Shown here in pieces: positions 10,847 through 20,224 of a stretch of DNA of 64,000 bases. Origin of the DNA: an uncultured Chloroflexia bacterium (lineage in GTDB: Bacteria; Chloroflexota; Dehalococcoidia; Dehalococcoidales; RBG-16-60-22); NCBI GenBank assembly GCA_963727315.1, contig CAVSFE010000002.1:471723-535722 (forward strand). The letters run 5' to 3'. Below the pieces are notes generated by a model. It saw only the letters and a list, made by a program, of their open reading frames with translations. It made no database searches and was not told where the DNA came from. The position numbers and the translations under genes are program-made. Each line of letters starts with the position of its first letter. Positions within the stretch are counted from its first letter, which is position 1.

Positions 10847-12021
10847 ATGAAATTAGTAGTTGTCGGTCTGGGTCAATGCGGCGGTAGAATCGCCGACGAG
10901 TTCGCCCGACTCAACTCGAGAGCCCACAGCAGGCGCGGCATGAACATCGTCACCGGCTGCTTCGCGGTCAATACGGACGCCGCCGACCTGAGCGGGCTAT
11001 CCGCCATATCCAACGACCACCGCCACCGCATCCTCATCGGGAGCCGCAAGACCGGCGGTCACGGCGTCGGCAAAATCAACGAGCTCGGCGCCGAAATCGC
11101 CAAGGAAGACGCGGACAAAATCGTCGACGCCATCAGGGCGACGAAGCGGTTCTTCGAGACGGACGCCTTCCTGCTCATCGCCGGCTCGGCGGGCGGTACC
11201 GGCTCCGGCGCCATCCCCATCGTCACGCAGCACCTGAAAGAGCGCTACATCGATAAGCCGATATGGAACCTCATCGTCCTCCCCTTCGAACACGAAGAGA
11301 CCACGGAAGAAAGGACCACCTTCAACGTCGCCACCTGCCTCAAGTCCTGCTACTCCATCGCCGACGCCGTCTTCCTCGTCGATAACCAGCGGTACGTCAG
11401 GAAAGACTCCTCGCTCCAGGCCAACCTCGCCAAGATAAACTCCATGATTTCCGAGCCGTTCTACAACCTGCTCTGCGCGGGTGAAGAAAAGAAGTCCAGG
11501 TACATCGGCGCCAAGCTGCTCGACGCCGGGGACATCATCCAGACAGTGGTCGGCTGGACAGTCATCGGCTACGGCAAGACGCAGGCGCCCCTGTTCAAAA
11601 TGCCCCTCGAACTGAGGAAAGATTTCCGCAAGAAGGGCCAAGAAATCCAGAAGGGCATCCAGGCGATGGACGAGGCCATCAGCGAGCTATCGCTCAAGTG
11701 CAATCCCGCCGATTCCCGCAGGGCATTATACCTGGTCTCCGGCCCGGCCAAGGAAATGAACATGGACATGGTCAAGGAAATCGGGGACTACATGCGGGAC
11801 ATCGCGCCCGAGGCCATTATCCGCAACGGCGACTACCCGCGAGAGAGGGGGTCGTGGACGTGACGGTACTACTCTCCGAGCTCAGCGACGTAGAGAAAGT
11901 GCGCGACTACTACCTGAAATCGACCGACCTCATCCCGGAGTTCAAGAAGCGGCAGGAAGAGACGGAGGACAAGCTCCGGGAGCTGGACGAGGTTGCAAAA
12001 GACATTCCGTCGCTGCTGTAG
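10847..12021 (+). pseudogene. tubulin/FtsZ-superfamily GTPase, CetZ-like (copy 2); reading frame broken as assembled at a G-run
   Basis: Same motifs as copy 1 (GLGQCGGRIADEF, AGGTGSG, FLVDNQRY). Frame 10847-11863 joins frame 11698-12021 if the G5 run at 11847-11851 is G6. Tail again ends KDIPSLL. Confidence 0.8.
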
Positions 12022-12042
12022 AAAACAAAAATCAGGGCGTTT

Positions 12043-12072
12043 AAGAGGGGCTGAAAAGCCCCTCTTTCTTTT
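12043..12072 (+). terminator. rho-independent terminator after CetZ-like gene 2
   Basis: AAGAGGGGCT-GAAA-AGCCCCTCTT stem-loop followed by TCTTTT. Confidence 0.6.
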
Positions 12073-12201
12073 AAAGGGAGAGTAGTTAGCAATTAGCGGG
12101 GGGAAAAAGGGGTTAAATATTATTTCCTATCAACAAATACCTGAAAAATATCCCGAAATTTCCTTGGGCGAAAACCTGTTTTAGGGTATAATAGAGACGT
12201 C

Positions 12202-13867
12202 ATGCCTTCACAGGTTTTTTATAGAAAGTGGCGCCCTCAATCGCTCGTCGAGTTCGTCGGGCAGGAGCACGTCACCCACACCCTGCTCAACGCCCTTGCG
12301 ACCGAGCGCGTCTCGCACGCCTACCTTTTCTGCGGGCCGCGGGGGACGGGCAAGACGACCACCGCCCGCAACCTCGCCAAAGCCATCAACTGCCTCACCA
12401 ACGGCAAGGGCGAGCCCTGCAATAAGTGCTCGATGTGCGTGGCCATCACCGAAGGGCGGGCTTTAGATGTCATCGAGGTGGACGCCGCCAGCAACCGCGG
12501 CATCGATGAAATCAGAAATCTAAGAGAAAAGGTCAACTACGCCCCCAACGAAGCGCGCCGCAAGGTCTACATCATCGACGAGGTCCACATGCTCACCAAG
12601 GAAGCGTCGAACGCCCTGCTCAAGACGCTGGAGGAGCCCCCGCCGCACGTCGTCTTCATCCTGTGCCACCACCGAACCCCACAAGCTCCTGCCGACCATC
12701 CTGTCGCGCTGCCAGCGCTTCGATTTCCACCGCTACTCCCTGGCCAACATGGTGACAGTGCTGTCCCGCGTCTGCGAAGGGGAAGGCATTCACATCGAGG
12801 CGGAGGGGCTAAAGCTCATCGCCCGGGCGGCCACCGGCAGCCTGCGCGACGCCCTCAACCTGTTACAGCAAGCCAACACGTACTACGGCAGCGAAATCAA
12901 CCTCGCCCAGGTGCAGGCCCTCCTCGGCATTACCGGCGACCAGCGCGCCAAAGAAGTGGTCAGGCACATCGTCAAACGGGACGCCAGCGCCGGCATCACC
13001 ACCATCAACAACGTCAACAGCGACGGGCTCGACCTGCGCCAGTTCCACCGCGAGCTGGTGGAATACCTGCGCCGGCTGCTCATCGTCAAGACCGGCTCCA
13101 GCGACTCCATCGAGCTGACCGCCGAGGACATCAAAGAACTCAAAGAACTGGCCGCCAAAACGCCGCTGCCGGTTATTATCAAAGCCATCAAGCGTTTCGG
13201 ACAGCTCGAACTCAGCCTGGACAACTATTCCACCCTGCCCCTGGAGCTGGCCCTGGTAGACTGCACGATAACCGAGCCGGAAGACAAGGCACCGTCCGCC
13301 CGCCAGGCCGAAACCGAACCGACCGGCCGACAGGCGACGCCCAGATATAACCCGCCGCCAGCCCGGCCCAAAACCACGCCTCAACCCGCAGAAAAAAGCA
13401 TCCGCGAACCGCCGGCCGACAAGCCAGCGGCGGCCGAGAAACCCATTACCACAGCCGCCGAAAAACCAGTCCCGGTAACCGCGGAGAAACCGGCACCTCC
13501 GACGGCGGCTAAAACCGAGGCCGGTCCATCGGCGGTAGTCGGCACCATCGAGCAACTGCAGCAGCAATGGAGCAAGATTATTAACGATGCGCCCGACGGC
13601 ATGAGCAAGACCCCGGCGGCCGCCCTGCTCCGCTCCGCCCGACCTAAAGAAATAACGGACAACGTCCTGATAGTATCGTTTAGATATCCGATGCACAAGG
13701 ACAATATGGAGAAGCTGGAAAACCAGAAAATGGCCGAAAAAATCGTCAGCAAATTCATGGGCCGCGCCTGCCGGGTGCGCTGCGTCTACGAGCACGAGAA
13801 CAACCACCTGGTACAGGAAGCTATTAATAATTACGGAGCGCAACGGATGAACACGGAGGAGACATGA
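12202..13867 (+). pseudogene. dnaX: DNA polymerase III subunit gamma/tau; frameshifted as assembled near 12664
   Basis: Walker A GPRGTGKTT and IIDEVHML are in the first frame. ATTEPHKLLPTILSRCQRFDF follows in the next frame after an extra base at about 12664. The second frame runs to 13867. Confidence 0.85.
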
Positions 13868-14169
13868 ACAAATTCATGATGCAGCAGGCCCAGAAACTCC
13901 AGGCGCAGCTCCTGAAAGCCCAGGAGGAACTGGCCAACCTGGTAGTGGAGGCCAGCTCCGGGGGAGGCGCCGTGACCGTCACTATGAACGGGCAGCAGCA
14001 GATACTATCGGTGAAAATAACCAGGGAAGTGGTCAACCCGGAAGACGTCGAGATGCTCGAGGACATGGTATTGACTGCCGTTAAAGAAGCCCAGGCCAAA
14101 GCCCAGGAAGCCGCCGCCAAGAAGATGGGGGGATTGACGGGGGGCTTGAAAATCCCCGGTTTAACTTAA
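13864..14169 (+). CDS. ybaB: YbaB/EbfC family nucleoid-associated protein
   Basis: 101 aa in the conserved dnaX-ybaB-recR position, with typical helical N- and C-termini around GGGAVTVTMNG. Confidence 0.85.
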   Translation: MNKFMMQQAQKLQAQLLKAQEELANLVVEASSGGGAVTVTMNGQQQILSVKITREVVNPEDVEMLEDMVLTAVKEAQAKAQEAAAKKMGGLTGGLKIPGLT

Positions 14170-14181
14170 AAGGAGAACCAA

Positions 14182-14796
14182 TTGTCGAAAAACGAACCCG
14201 TCCCCGCCAACGACGCCATCGGCAGGCTGGTACAGGAGTTCAGCAAGCTGCCGGGCATCGGGCCCAAAAGCGCCCAGCGCCTGACGTTCCACCTCCTGCG
14301 CTCTCCGGAAGATAAGGCCAGGGCCCTCGCCGAGGCTTTAATCGCGCTCAAGCAGAGAGTCAACCTCTGCTCCATCTGCTGCAACGTCACCGAGAGCGAC
14401 CCCTGCCCCATCTGCCGCAACGGCCAGCGGGACGTCAGCCAGGTGTGCATCGTCGAGCAGCCGCAGGACATCCTGGCGCTGGAGCACACCGGGGCCTACC
14501 ATGGGCTCTACCACGTCCTCCACGGGGCGATATCGCCCACCGAGGGCATCGGGGCGGACAACATCAGGATTAAAGAGCTCCTGGCGCGATTTCAAAATAA
14601 CACGGTCAAAGAGGTCATCCTGGCGACGAACACCAACATGGAAGGCGAACAGACCGCCATGTACCTCAGCCGCGTCATCACCCCCCTCGGCATCAAAGTC
14701 ACCCGCATCGCCCGGGGGCTCCCTTTCGGGACCGAGCTCGAGTACGCCGACGACGTCACGCTGACCAGGGCGCTGGAGGGAAGGCAGGAGTTTTAG
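14182..14796 (+). CDS. recR: recombination protein RecR
   Basis: 204 aa. Helix-hairpin-helix [12 protein letters not shown], zinc finger CSICCN...CPIC and a Toprim region. Confidence 0.92.
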   Translation: MSKNEPVPANDAIGRLVQEFSKLPGIGPKSAQRLTFHLLRSPEDKARALAEALIALKQRVNLCSICCNVTESDPCPICRNGQRDVSQVCIVEQPQDILALEHTGAYHGLYHVLHGAISPTEGIGADNIRIKELLARFQNNTVKEVILATNTNMEGEQTAMYLSRVITPLGIKVTRIARGLPFGTELEYADDVTLTRALEGRQEF

Positions 14797-14820
14797 GAAA
14801 TCCTTAATATACGAGTATCT

Positions 14821-14900
14821 AAGAGGGGTTCATCCTGGTTCCACTGAGGTCACCACGAAGTGAAGGTTCACCCTGAAGGGATTCACCCTGAAGGGGACAC
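14821..14900. repeat. REP/MITE-like element; 14821-14880 is an exact inverted copy of 26805-26864
   Basis: The hand-derived reverse complement of 14821-14880 equals 26805-26864 base for base. The CCCTGAAGGG/TTCACCCTGAAGG modules are reiterated. Confidence 0.9.
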
Positions 14901-14916
14901 AGGGGGAGAGGTAAAA

Positions 14917-15648
14917 ATGGGTAAACTCGACGGTAAAATCGCCCTGGTAACGGGGTCGAGCCGCAGTATCGGTAAGGCTATCGCCATCGCCCTGGCTCAA
15001 GAGGGCGCCAGTCTCGTGCTGGCGGCGCGTAATATCGATGGCTTAAAAGCTACCGCCGCCAGGATAAAAGCTTTAGGCAGGGATGTCGAGGTCGTCCCTA
15101 CTGATGTCAAAATCGAGTCGCAAATAGACAATCTCTTTAAAAAGACCTTGGAGAGGTTCGGCCGGCTCGATATTCTCGTTAACAACTCCGGCGTTTTTGA
15201 TGCCGCACCGATTGATAAGGTTACCACCGAAAACTGGGACAACGTCATCGCCACCAACCTGCGCGCCCCGTTCCTCTGCACCCGGGCGGCTTTCGCCATC
15301 ATGAAGGCCCAGGGCGGCGGGCGCATTATCAATATCGGCAGCATCTCGGCCTCGCGCGTCAGGGCGTTTAACGTCGCTTACAGCAGCGCCAAGTTCGGCC
15401 TGGTAGGGCTGACGCAGACCACGGCGCTGGAAGGCCGCGAGTTCAATATCACCTGCGGCATCCTGCATCCCGGCAACACCGAGCGCGATAACCGGCCGCC
15501 TGAAGGCACCGGCTGGACCGCCGAGCCCTACATGTCCCAGGAAGAAATCGCCACCGCGGCTGTCTTTATGGCCTCCCAGCCGCCCAGCGTGAATGTCCTG
15601 GAAATTATCCAGTTGCATAAAGACCAGTTGTATTTGGGGAGGGGATAG
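14917..15648 (+). CDS. SDR family oxidoreductase
   Basis: TGSSRSIGKAIA (TGxxxGIG) and YSSAK (YxxxK) motifs. ATG 14917 with a GGGGAGAGG RBS is preferred over GTG 14860, which lies inside the repeat. Confidence 0.85.
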   Translation: MGKLDGKIALVTGSSRSIGKAIAIALAQEGASLVLAARNIDGLKATAARIKALGRDVEVVPTDVKIESQIDNLFKKTLERFGRLDILVNNSGVFDAAPIDKVTTENWDNVIATNLRAPFLCTRAAFAIMKAQGGGRIINIGSISASRVRAFNVAYSSAKFGLVGLTQTTALEGREFNITCGILHPGNTERDNRPPEGTGWTAEPYMSQEEIATAAVFMASQPPSVNVLEIIQLHKDQLYLGRG

Positions 15649-15682
15649 GGAAGCGGCGGGGAGACTGATAATTATATCTAAA

Positions 15683-17161
15683 CTAAGTACTCTCCAGGTA
15701 CCGTCGGTAATTGGCGAGGTATCTTAGCACCCGGGCGGCGCGGCGGGGGTGGGCGTATTCCGGTATGGTGACTTTCGGCGGCGCATCGGTCTTGCCCGGC
15801 TCCTGCGCGTAGTAAATGTTCATTCTCCGGATGTATACCAGCGGCTTATTGTACTGTTTTATCTGCCGGTAAAGAATTTCCTGGTTCTTATCATTTTCCG
15901 CCTGCATCGCCAGAATTTGCGCCTGGCTAAATTGAGCCGTGAAAGCGGGCACCATGAGCATCGGGGGCAGGAGTGATATGATGCTGTCCACGTTCTTGTC
16001 TTCGAGGAGCAGCCGCAGGCAGGTATCGCCGATATTTTCCCCGCCCGTCGGCCGCGTGCCGACGAGGTCGACGGGGTTACCGGGCGTCCAGCGCGCCGGC
16101 AGGATGGCGCTCATTTTTTTCAGGGTCGGCGGCTCGAGCTCAGCTATTTCGAGGCCCTCTTTCTCGCAGTCTTCGGCGGTCACCACCCCGAAGCCGCCGC
16201 CCATGGTGAGTATCCCCACCCGGTTTCCCCGCGGCAGCGGCAGATTACATAGAGCCAGGACAACGTCAGCGAGCTCTTCTTCGTCTTCCGCCCTGATGAC
16301 GCCCGCCTGTTTGAAAGCCGCCGTATAGACCGCGTCCGAGCCGGCCAGCGCCCCGGTATGCGACCTCGCCGCCCTGGCCGAGGCGTCGGTGGTGCCGGAC
16401 TTCATCACGACGATGGGCTTTTGTTTGGTTATTTCTTTGGCCAGCTCGTAGAAGCGCCTTCCTTCCCGGAGCCCTTCGATGTAGGCGGCGATAATTTTGG
16501 TCTTTTCGTCCTGCGCCAGGAAAGTCAGGTAGTCCTCGAGGTGCATGTCCGCCTCGTTGCCCGTGCTGACCACCTTGCTGAGCCCGATGCCGCGGTTGGC
16601 GGCGATCTGCATGATGCTGGCGCCCAGCGTCCCGCTCTGGCTCAGCAGTGACATCGGGCCGGCCGGTATCCGGTTCGCGAATCCGAGACTCGCCACTCTC
16701 GAATACATGTCGGCGTGGCCGTTGCAGTTCGGGCCGACGAAGTGCAGTCCCGCCTCCCTGGCGATGGACAGCAGCTCTGCCTGCAGCTTTGCCCCGCCCT
16801 CGTCTACCTCGGCGAACCCCGCCGAGATTATGACTGAGGCTTTGACCTTTTTCTGAGCGCACTGGCGGAAGACCTGCGGCACGACCGGCGCCGGTACGAC
16901 GATAACCGCCAGCTCTACCGGGTCGGGTATGTCTAGGATGCTTTGATATGATTTTACCCCCAGCACCTCCGCCTCGTTGGGATTTACCGCGTAGACCCGC
17001 CGTCCCTCTTTGGCCCTGGCCGACTCCACACTCGCCCGCATGGCGTCGTGTCCCCAGGAGCCTACCGTGTTCCTGGCGCCGATGACGGCGATGGAGTCGG
17101 CGCCGAAGAGCGCCTGCCAGAAGCCGTTATCTATACTTACAGGGGAATTTAATGAATTCAT
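15683..17161 (-). CDS. CoA-binding / ADP-forming acyl-CoA synthetase alpha-like protein
   Basis: 492 aa. IAVIGA...VYAVNP...VVPAP CoA-binding fold followed by a succinyl-CoA-synthetase-like flavodoxin region (GPNCNG). Confidence 0.7.
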   Translation of the reverse strand: MNSLNSPVSIDNGFWQALFGADSIAVIGARNTVGSWGHDAMRASVESARAKEGRRVYAVNPNEAEVLGVKSYQSILDIPDPVELAVIVVPAPVVPQVFRQCAQKKVKASVIISAGFAEVDEGGAKLQAELLSIAREAGLHFVGPNCNGHADMYSRVASLGFANRIPAGPMSLLSQSGTLGASIMQIAANRGIGLSKVVSTGNEADMHLEDYLTFLAQDEKTKIIAAYIEGLREGRRFYELAKEITKQKPIVVMKSGTTDASARAARSHTGALAGSDAVYTAAFKQAGVIRAEDEEELADVVLALCNLPLPRGNRVGILTMGGGFGVVTAEDCEKEGLEIAELEPPTLKKMSAILPARWTPGNPVDLVGTRPTGGENIGDTCLRLLLEDKNVDSIISLLPPMLMVPAFTAQFSQAQILAMQAENDKNQEILYRQIKQYNKPLVYIRRMNIYYAQEPGKTDAPPKVTIPEYAHPRRAARVLRYLANYRRYLEST

Positions 17162-17213
17162 AGGGATATATCTATTATAGGTGATATGCGTCAGAAAAAG
17201 AAAATACCCGGCA

Positions 17214-18347
17214 TTATCTCCCCTTTTCCCCGCCGTCTATTTGAGTCGTTTTCACTTTCAGTCCCCGCGCCGAGAAGAACCCCGCCAGCGTGATGCCCGC
17301 CCCCACGTACATCAGCGTCGCATATCCCCAGGCCTCGGAGACCGCGCCGCCCAGGAAAGGCCCCAGGACGCCGGAGACGGCGTTGGCGGAGTTCATCAGG
17401 CCGGCCGTGGTGCCGTACTCCGGGTGATGTCTCAGGAGATAGCTCAGGGCCCCGACGAACATGCTGGAATAGGCTAAAGCCAGGAACAGCTGCACCGGTA
17501 TGAGCTGCCAGTACCGCGTCAGCAGTCCGTAGACGACGAAGACGGCCGCCGAAAGGAGCAGTCCCGCCTGGAACATCCTGGCCGGGTTGAACTTCTCGAT
17601 GTAGCGCATCGCCACGATTTGCCCGACCATGTTGGTCACCTCGACGAGGGCAATCCAGAGCTTGCTGGCGCCGATGCTGGCCTGGTAGAGCGGCCAGATG
17701 GTCCAGATGGCGTTGCCCCCCAGCTGCCTGAGGAAAAAGCCGAGATATACTTTGTAGTCTGCCTTTATCAGCGCCGCCGGGAACCTGGCTACCTGCATAT
17801 GACTGGTGGCTTTTTCCACGAGTAGTAAAGATATCAGGAAAGCCAGGAAAGCCACGATGGCGCTGATAATGAACAGCGCCGTGTAGTCTTTGACGATGGC
17901 CGCGGTCACCGCGCCGATGAGCCATCCCAGCGCCCCGTAAGAGATGAAGCTGCCTATCTGCCGCTGGTTCTCGTAGGTGTAGGCCATGATGACCGATGAG
18001 TTGATGCCGAGGGCGAAGCCTATCGACGCGCGGGCGGCCAGCAGCGCCATCGGGTTGTGGGCGATGATCTGGGTGAGGTAGGCCAGCGCCGTGAGCCCGA
18101 GCCCGGCGCGGATGTATTTCATCCTGCCGTGAATATCGGACAGCCGACCAAAAAATAGCGATGAGGCGAAAAAAGCGATGCCGCCGGCGGCGGCGATAAA
18201 GCCCACCTGCAAATTCGTGGCACCGATGTCCTTGGCGTAAAGTGCGATGAAAACGTTGGAGGTGTCGACGGCGCAGTTGGAAAGCAGGTTGATGGCTGCC
18301 AGGCATAGTGGTATCGAGACCCAGGCCGGGGGAGAGAAACGCCGCAT
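17214..18347 (-). CDS. MFS transporter
   Basis: 377 aa, multi-TM, with the FGRLSDIHGR loop motif typical of MFS. Confidence 0.8.
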   Translation of the reverse strand: MRRFSPPAWVSIPLCLAAINLLSNCAVDTSNVFIALYAKDIGATNLQVGFIAAAGGIAFFASSLFFGRLSDIHGRMKYIRAGLGLTALAYLTQIIAHNPMALLAARASIGFALGINSSVIMAYTYENQRQIGSFISYGALGWLIGAVTAAIVKDYTALFIISAIVAFLAFLISLLLVEKATSHMQVARFPAALIKADYKVYLGFFLRQLGGNAIWTIWPLYQASIGASKLWIALVEVTNMVGQIVAMRYIEKFNPARMFQAGLLLSAAVFVVYGLLTRYWQLIPVQLFLALAYSSMFVGALSYLLRHHPEYGTTAGLMNSANAVSGVLGPFLGGAVSEAWGYATLMYVGAGITLAGFFSARGLKVKTTQIDGGEKGR

Positions 18348-18455
18348 CTCAGCAGGCCTCTTTCTTCTGCCTAAAAGACAGATATAAATATTATAGCGTT
18401 AAGCTGGTTCAGGGTAAATATCGCGGTGACTTTTGCCTGAATAGAACCGTAACAC

Positions 18456-18518
18456 TTGACAGTTTAAATAATTTAATATATTATACCTAGGTATTATACC
18501 TAGAAAATCTAGGTGTAT
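18456..18518 (+). promoter_or_regulatory. strong sigma70-like promoter with overlapping operator-like repeats
   Basis: TTGACA (18456-18461), 17-nt spacer, TATTAT (18479-18484). Direct repeats TTATACCTAG at 18481-18490 and 18494-18503, with inverted CTAGGTGTAT at 18509-18518. Confidence 0.55.
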
Positions 18519-18536
18519 GGATAAAGGAGGTAAAAA

Positions 18537-18909
18537 ATGCGTTTAGTTGCCCTGTTAGTCGTCATCCTGGGAATCGCCGCTCTCGTCTTCGGCATCATTT
18601 TCTTCCCGCAGGCCAGCTCAGCCAAGCAGAAAGTCGTCGACTCTTTATCGTCGGGCGTCACCCTCGATAATCTCAACGCTAAATACGACCAGGTCAGCGG
18701 GGCCTACGATCAGCTGATGGCAGCCGGAATGCCATCCAATGATCCACAAATGTCATGGTCCTCGGCCAGCGGACATCACTCGGACTGGCTAAATCCAGCG
18801 TCGGCCTGGCCAAGTTCATCAACACCATGGGCATCGTCAATATCATCGTCGGCGTCGGTCTGGTGCTTGGCGGATGCGCGCTGATGATGAGAAAAAACCA
18901 GAACGCCTG
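18537..18909 (+). pseudogene. small two-TM membrane protein, frameshifted as assembled
   Basis: The N-terminal TM is in the 18537 frame. The C-terminal TM (LAKFINTMGIVNIIVGVGLVLGGCALMMRKNQNA*) is in another frame and joins if the A3 run at 18748-18750 is A4. Confidence 0.55.
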
Positions 18910-19111
18910 AAGTTAAAAAAATTTATCCAGAACATGAAGCCTCATAGACGGCGCGAAAGACCCCCGAGCTTTTACCCGTCTATGAGGTGAAAATCGGTTT
19001 TAAGCTCCCTCAACCAAACGATGTGCTTTTGGCTGGCTTTTTTGTTCCCCCGTAGCGATTTCTCTCCGTTACCTGTATAATATTCCATAATCGCTTTGAA
19101 AGGGGTCGACT

Positions 19112-19403
19112 ATGGTCAGAAAAACCGGGAAACCGAAACAGTACGAGGTAATCATCAGGCTGGTCGCCAATCAGCACCCCTGCCACTCCGGCCATAAAAT
19201 CGGCGACGAATGGGTCTTCGACTTTCTGCCGCCGCCGGGCTTGTGCGGGTTCGCTTACAACTCCCTTTTCCCTTTCGCCATGGTGTTGAAGACCGGCGGC
19301 GACTTTCCCCTGGCAGGCAGACCCGGATGTCGTCACGGTGTCCTGCCCCGATGCCGAGGTCAATAACGTCTTCGAGCTGAGACGCCGGGTGATAAAAGCC
19401 TGA
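19112..19403 (+). pseudogene. TIGR04076-like small Cys-containing protein, frameshifted as assembled
   Basis: HPCHSGHKIGDEWVF...GLCGFAY...GGDFP, then WQADPDVVTVSCPDAEVNNVFELRR in the next frame. There is an extra C in the C-run near 19306. Confidence 0.6.
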
Positions 19404-19426
19404 GAGACCGGAGATGAGGTGCTGAA

Positions 19427-20220
19427 ATGTCGGTGAAAAAGTCGTTGACTTATCTGGCGCTGGCGCTGTTTTTAGCGGCGCTCCTGGGCGCTACCGGGTG
19501 CAACACCGTCGTCACCGGTTCGGGCGAAAACGCCACCTGGGACAATGGACTATACCGACTTCAATAGGATTGAGGTCAGCCAGACTTTTGATATCACCAT
19601 CGAACGGTCGGACTCCTATCTGGTGCAAATCACCATCGATAAAAAGCTCTACGAATATCTGAAAATCGACCAGCGCGGCGATACCCTTCGTATCGGTCTC
19701 AAGCCGAATTACAGCTATGTCGGGACGGAGCAGCAGGCCGTCGTTAATCTCCCCGACCTGCGCCGACTGAAGCTGTCCGACGCCTCGAAGGCGGTCGTCA
19801 GCGGTTTCTCGATGTCCCATTCTCTGGACTTCTGAGCTTTCCGATGCCAGCCGGCTGGAGCTTGGGGCATATTATTGCCGGTAATTGCGGTTTTTCGCTT
19901 TCCGATGCCAGTGAGGTCAGCGGCAGCATTGAGATGGACGACGGGTCTTTCAACCTGTCGGATGCCAGCTCTCTGGCGCTCCAGGGCTCGGCGGATGATA
20001 TCGACATCCAGGCATCGTCCTCCAGCGACCTAAAGCTTTCGGACTTTGCCGTCGTCACCGCCGCGGTGGACCTCAGCCAGCTCCAGCCGATGCCGTCATC
20101 AATGTCAGCAGCCGCATGGACGTTAAGTTGAGCGCCTCTTCCGACCTCGAATATATCGGCAGTCCCAAGCTGGGCAAACTCGATATGTCCGGCGGTTCCA
20201 CCCTCAACCAGAAACAGTGA
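19427..20220 (+). pseudogene. DUF2807/GIN-domain-like lipoprotein, multiply frameshifted
   Basis: Lipobox LLGATGC, then reiterated L.LSDAS strands spread over three frames. Breaks lie near 19544, 19832, 19867 and 20075. Confidence 0.6.
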
Positions 20221-20224
20221 AAAG

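Noticed and set aside
12022-12201. SRP (4.5S/scRNA) gene, often found upstream of dnaX in some bacteria
   Set aside because: No helix-8-like GGAA-tetraloop motif or a suitable extended hairpin was found. The region holds only a terminator hairpin and a possible TTGGGC-N17-TATAAT promoter. That promoter sits so close to ATG 12202 that the assignment is unconvincing.
12665-13350. Pro/Arg/Gln-rich tail of ORF 12202-13350 as an alternative (gamma-like) DnaX product
   Set aside because: The frame change is inside the AAA+ core and lacks a slippery motif. The other frame carries the conserved DnaX sequence through to 13867.
18940-18987. 12-bp inverted repeat CCTCATAGACGG...CCGTCTATGAGG after the small membrane-protein gene, considered as a terminator
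   Set aside because: The loop is 24 nt and there is no following T-run. It may be another dispersed repeat, but no second copy is visible in this window.
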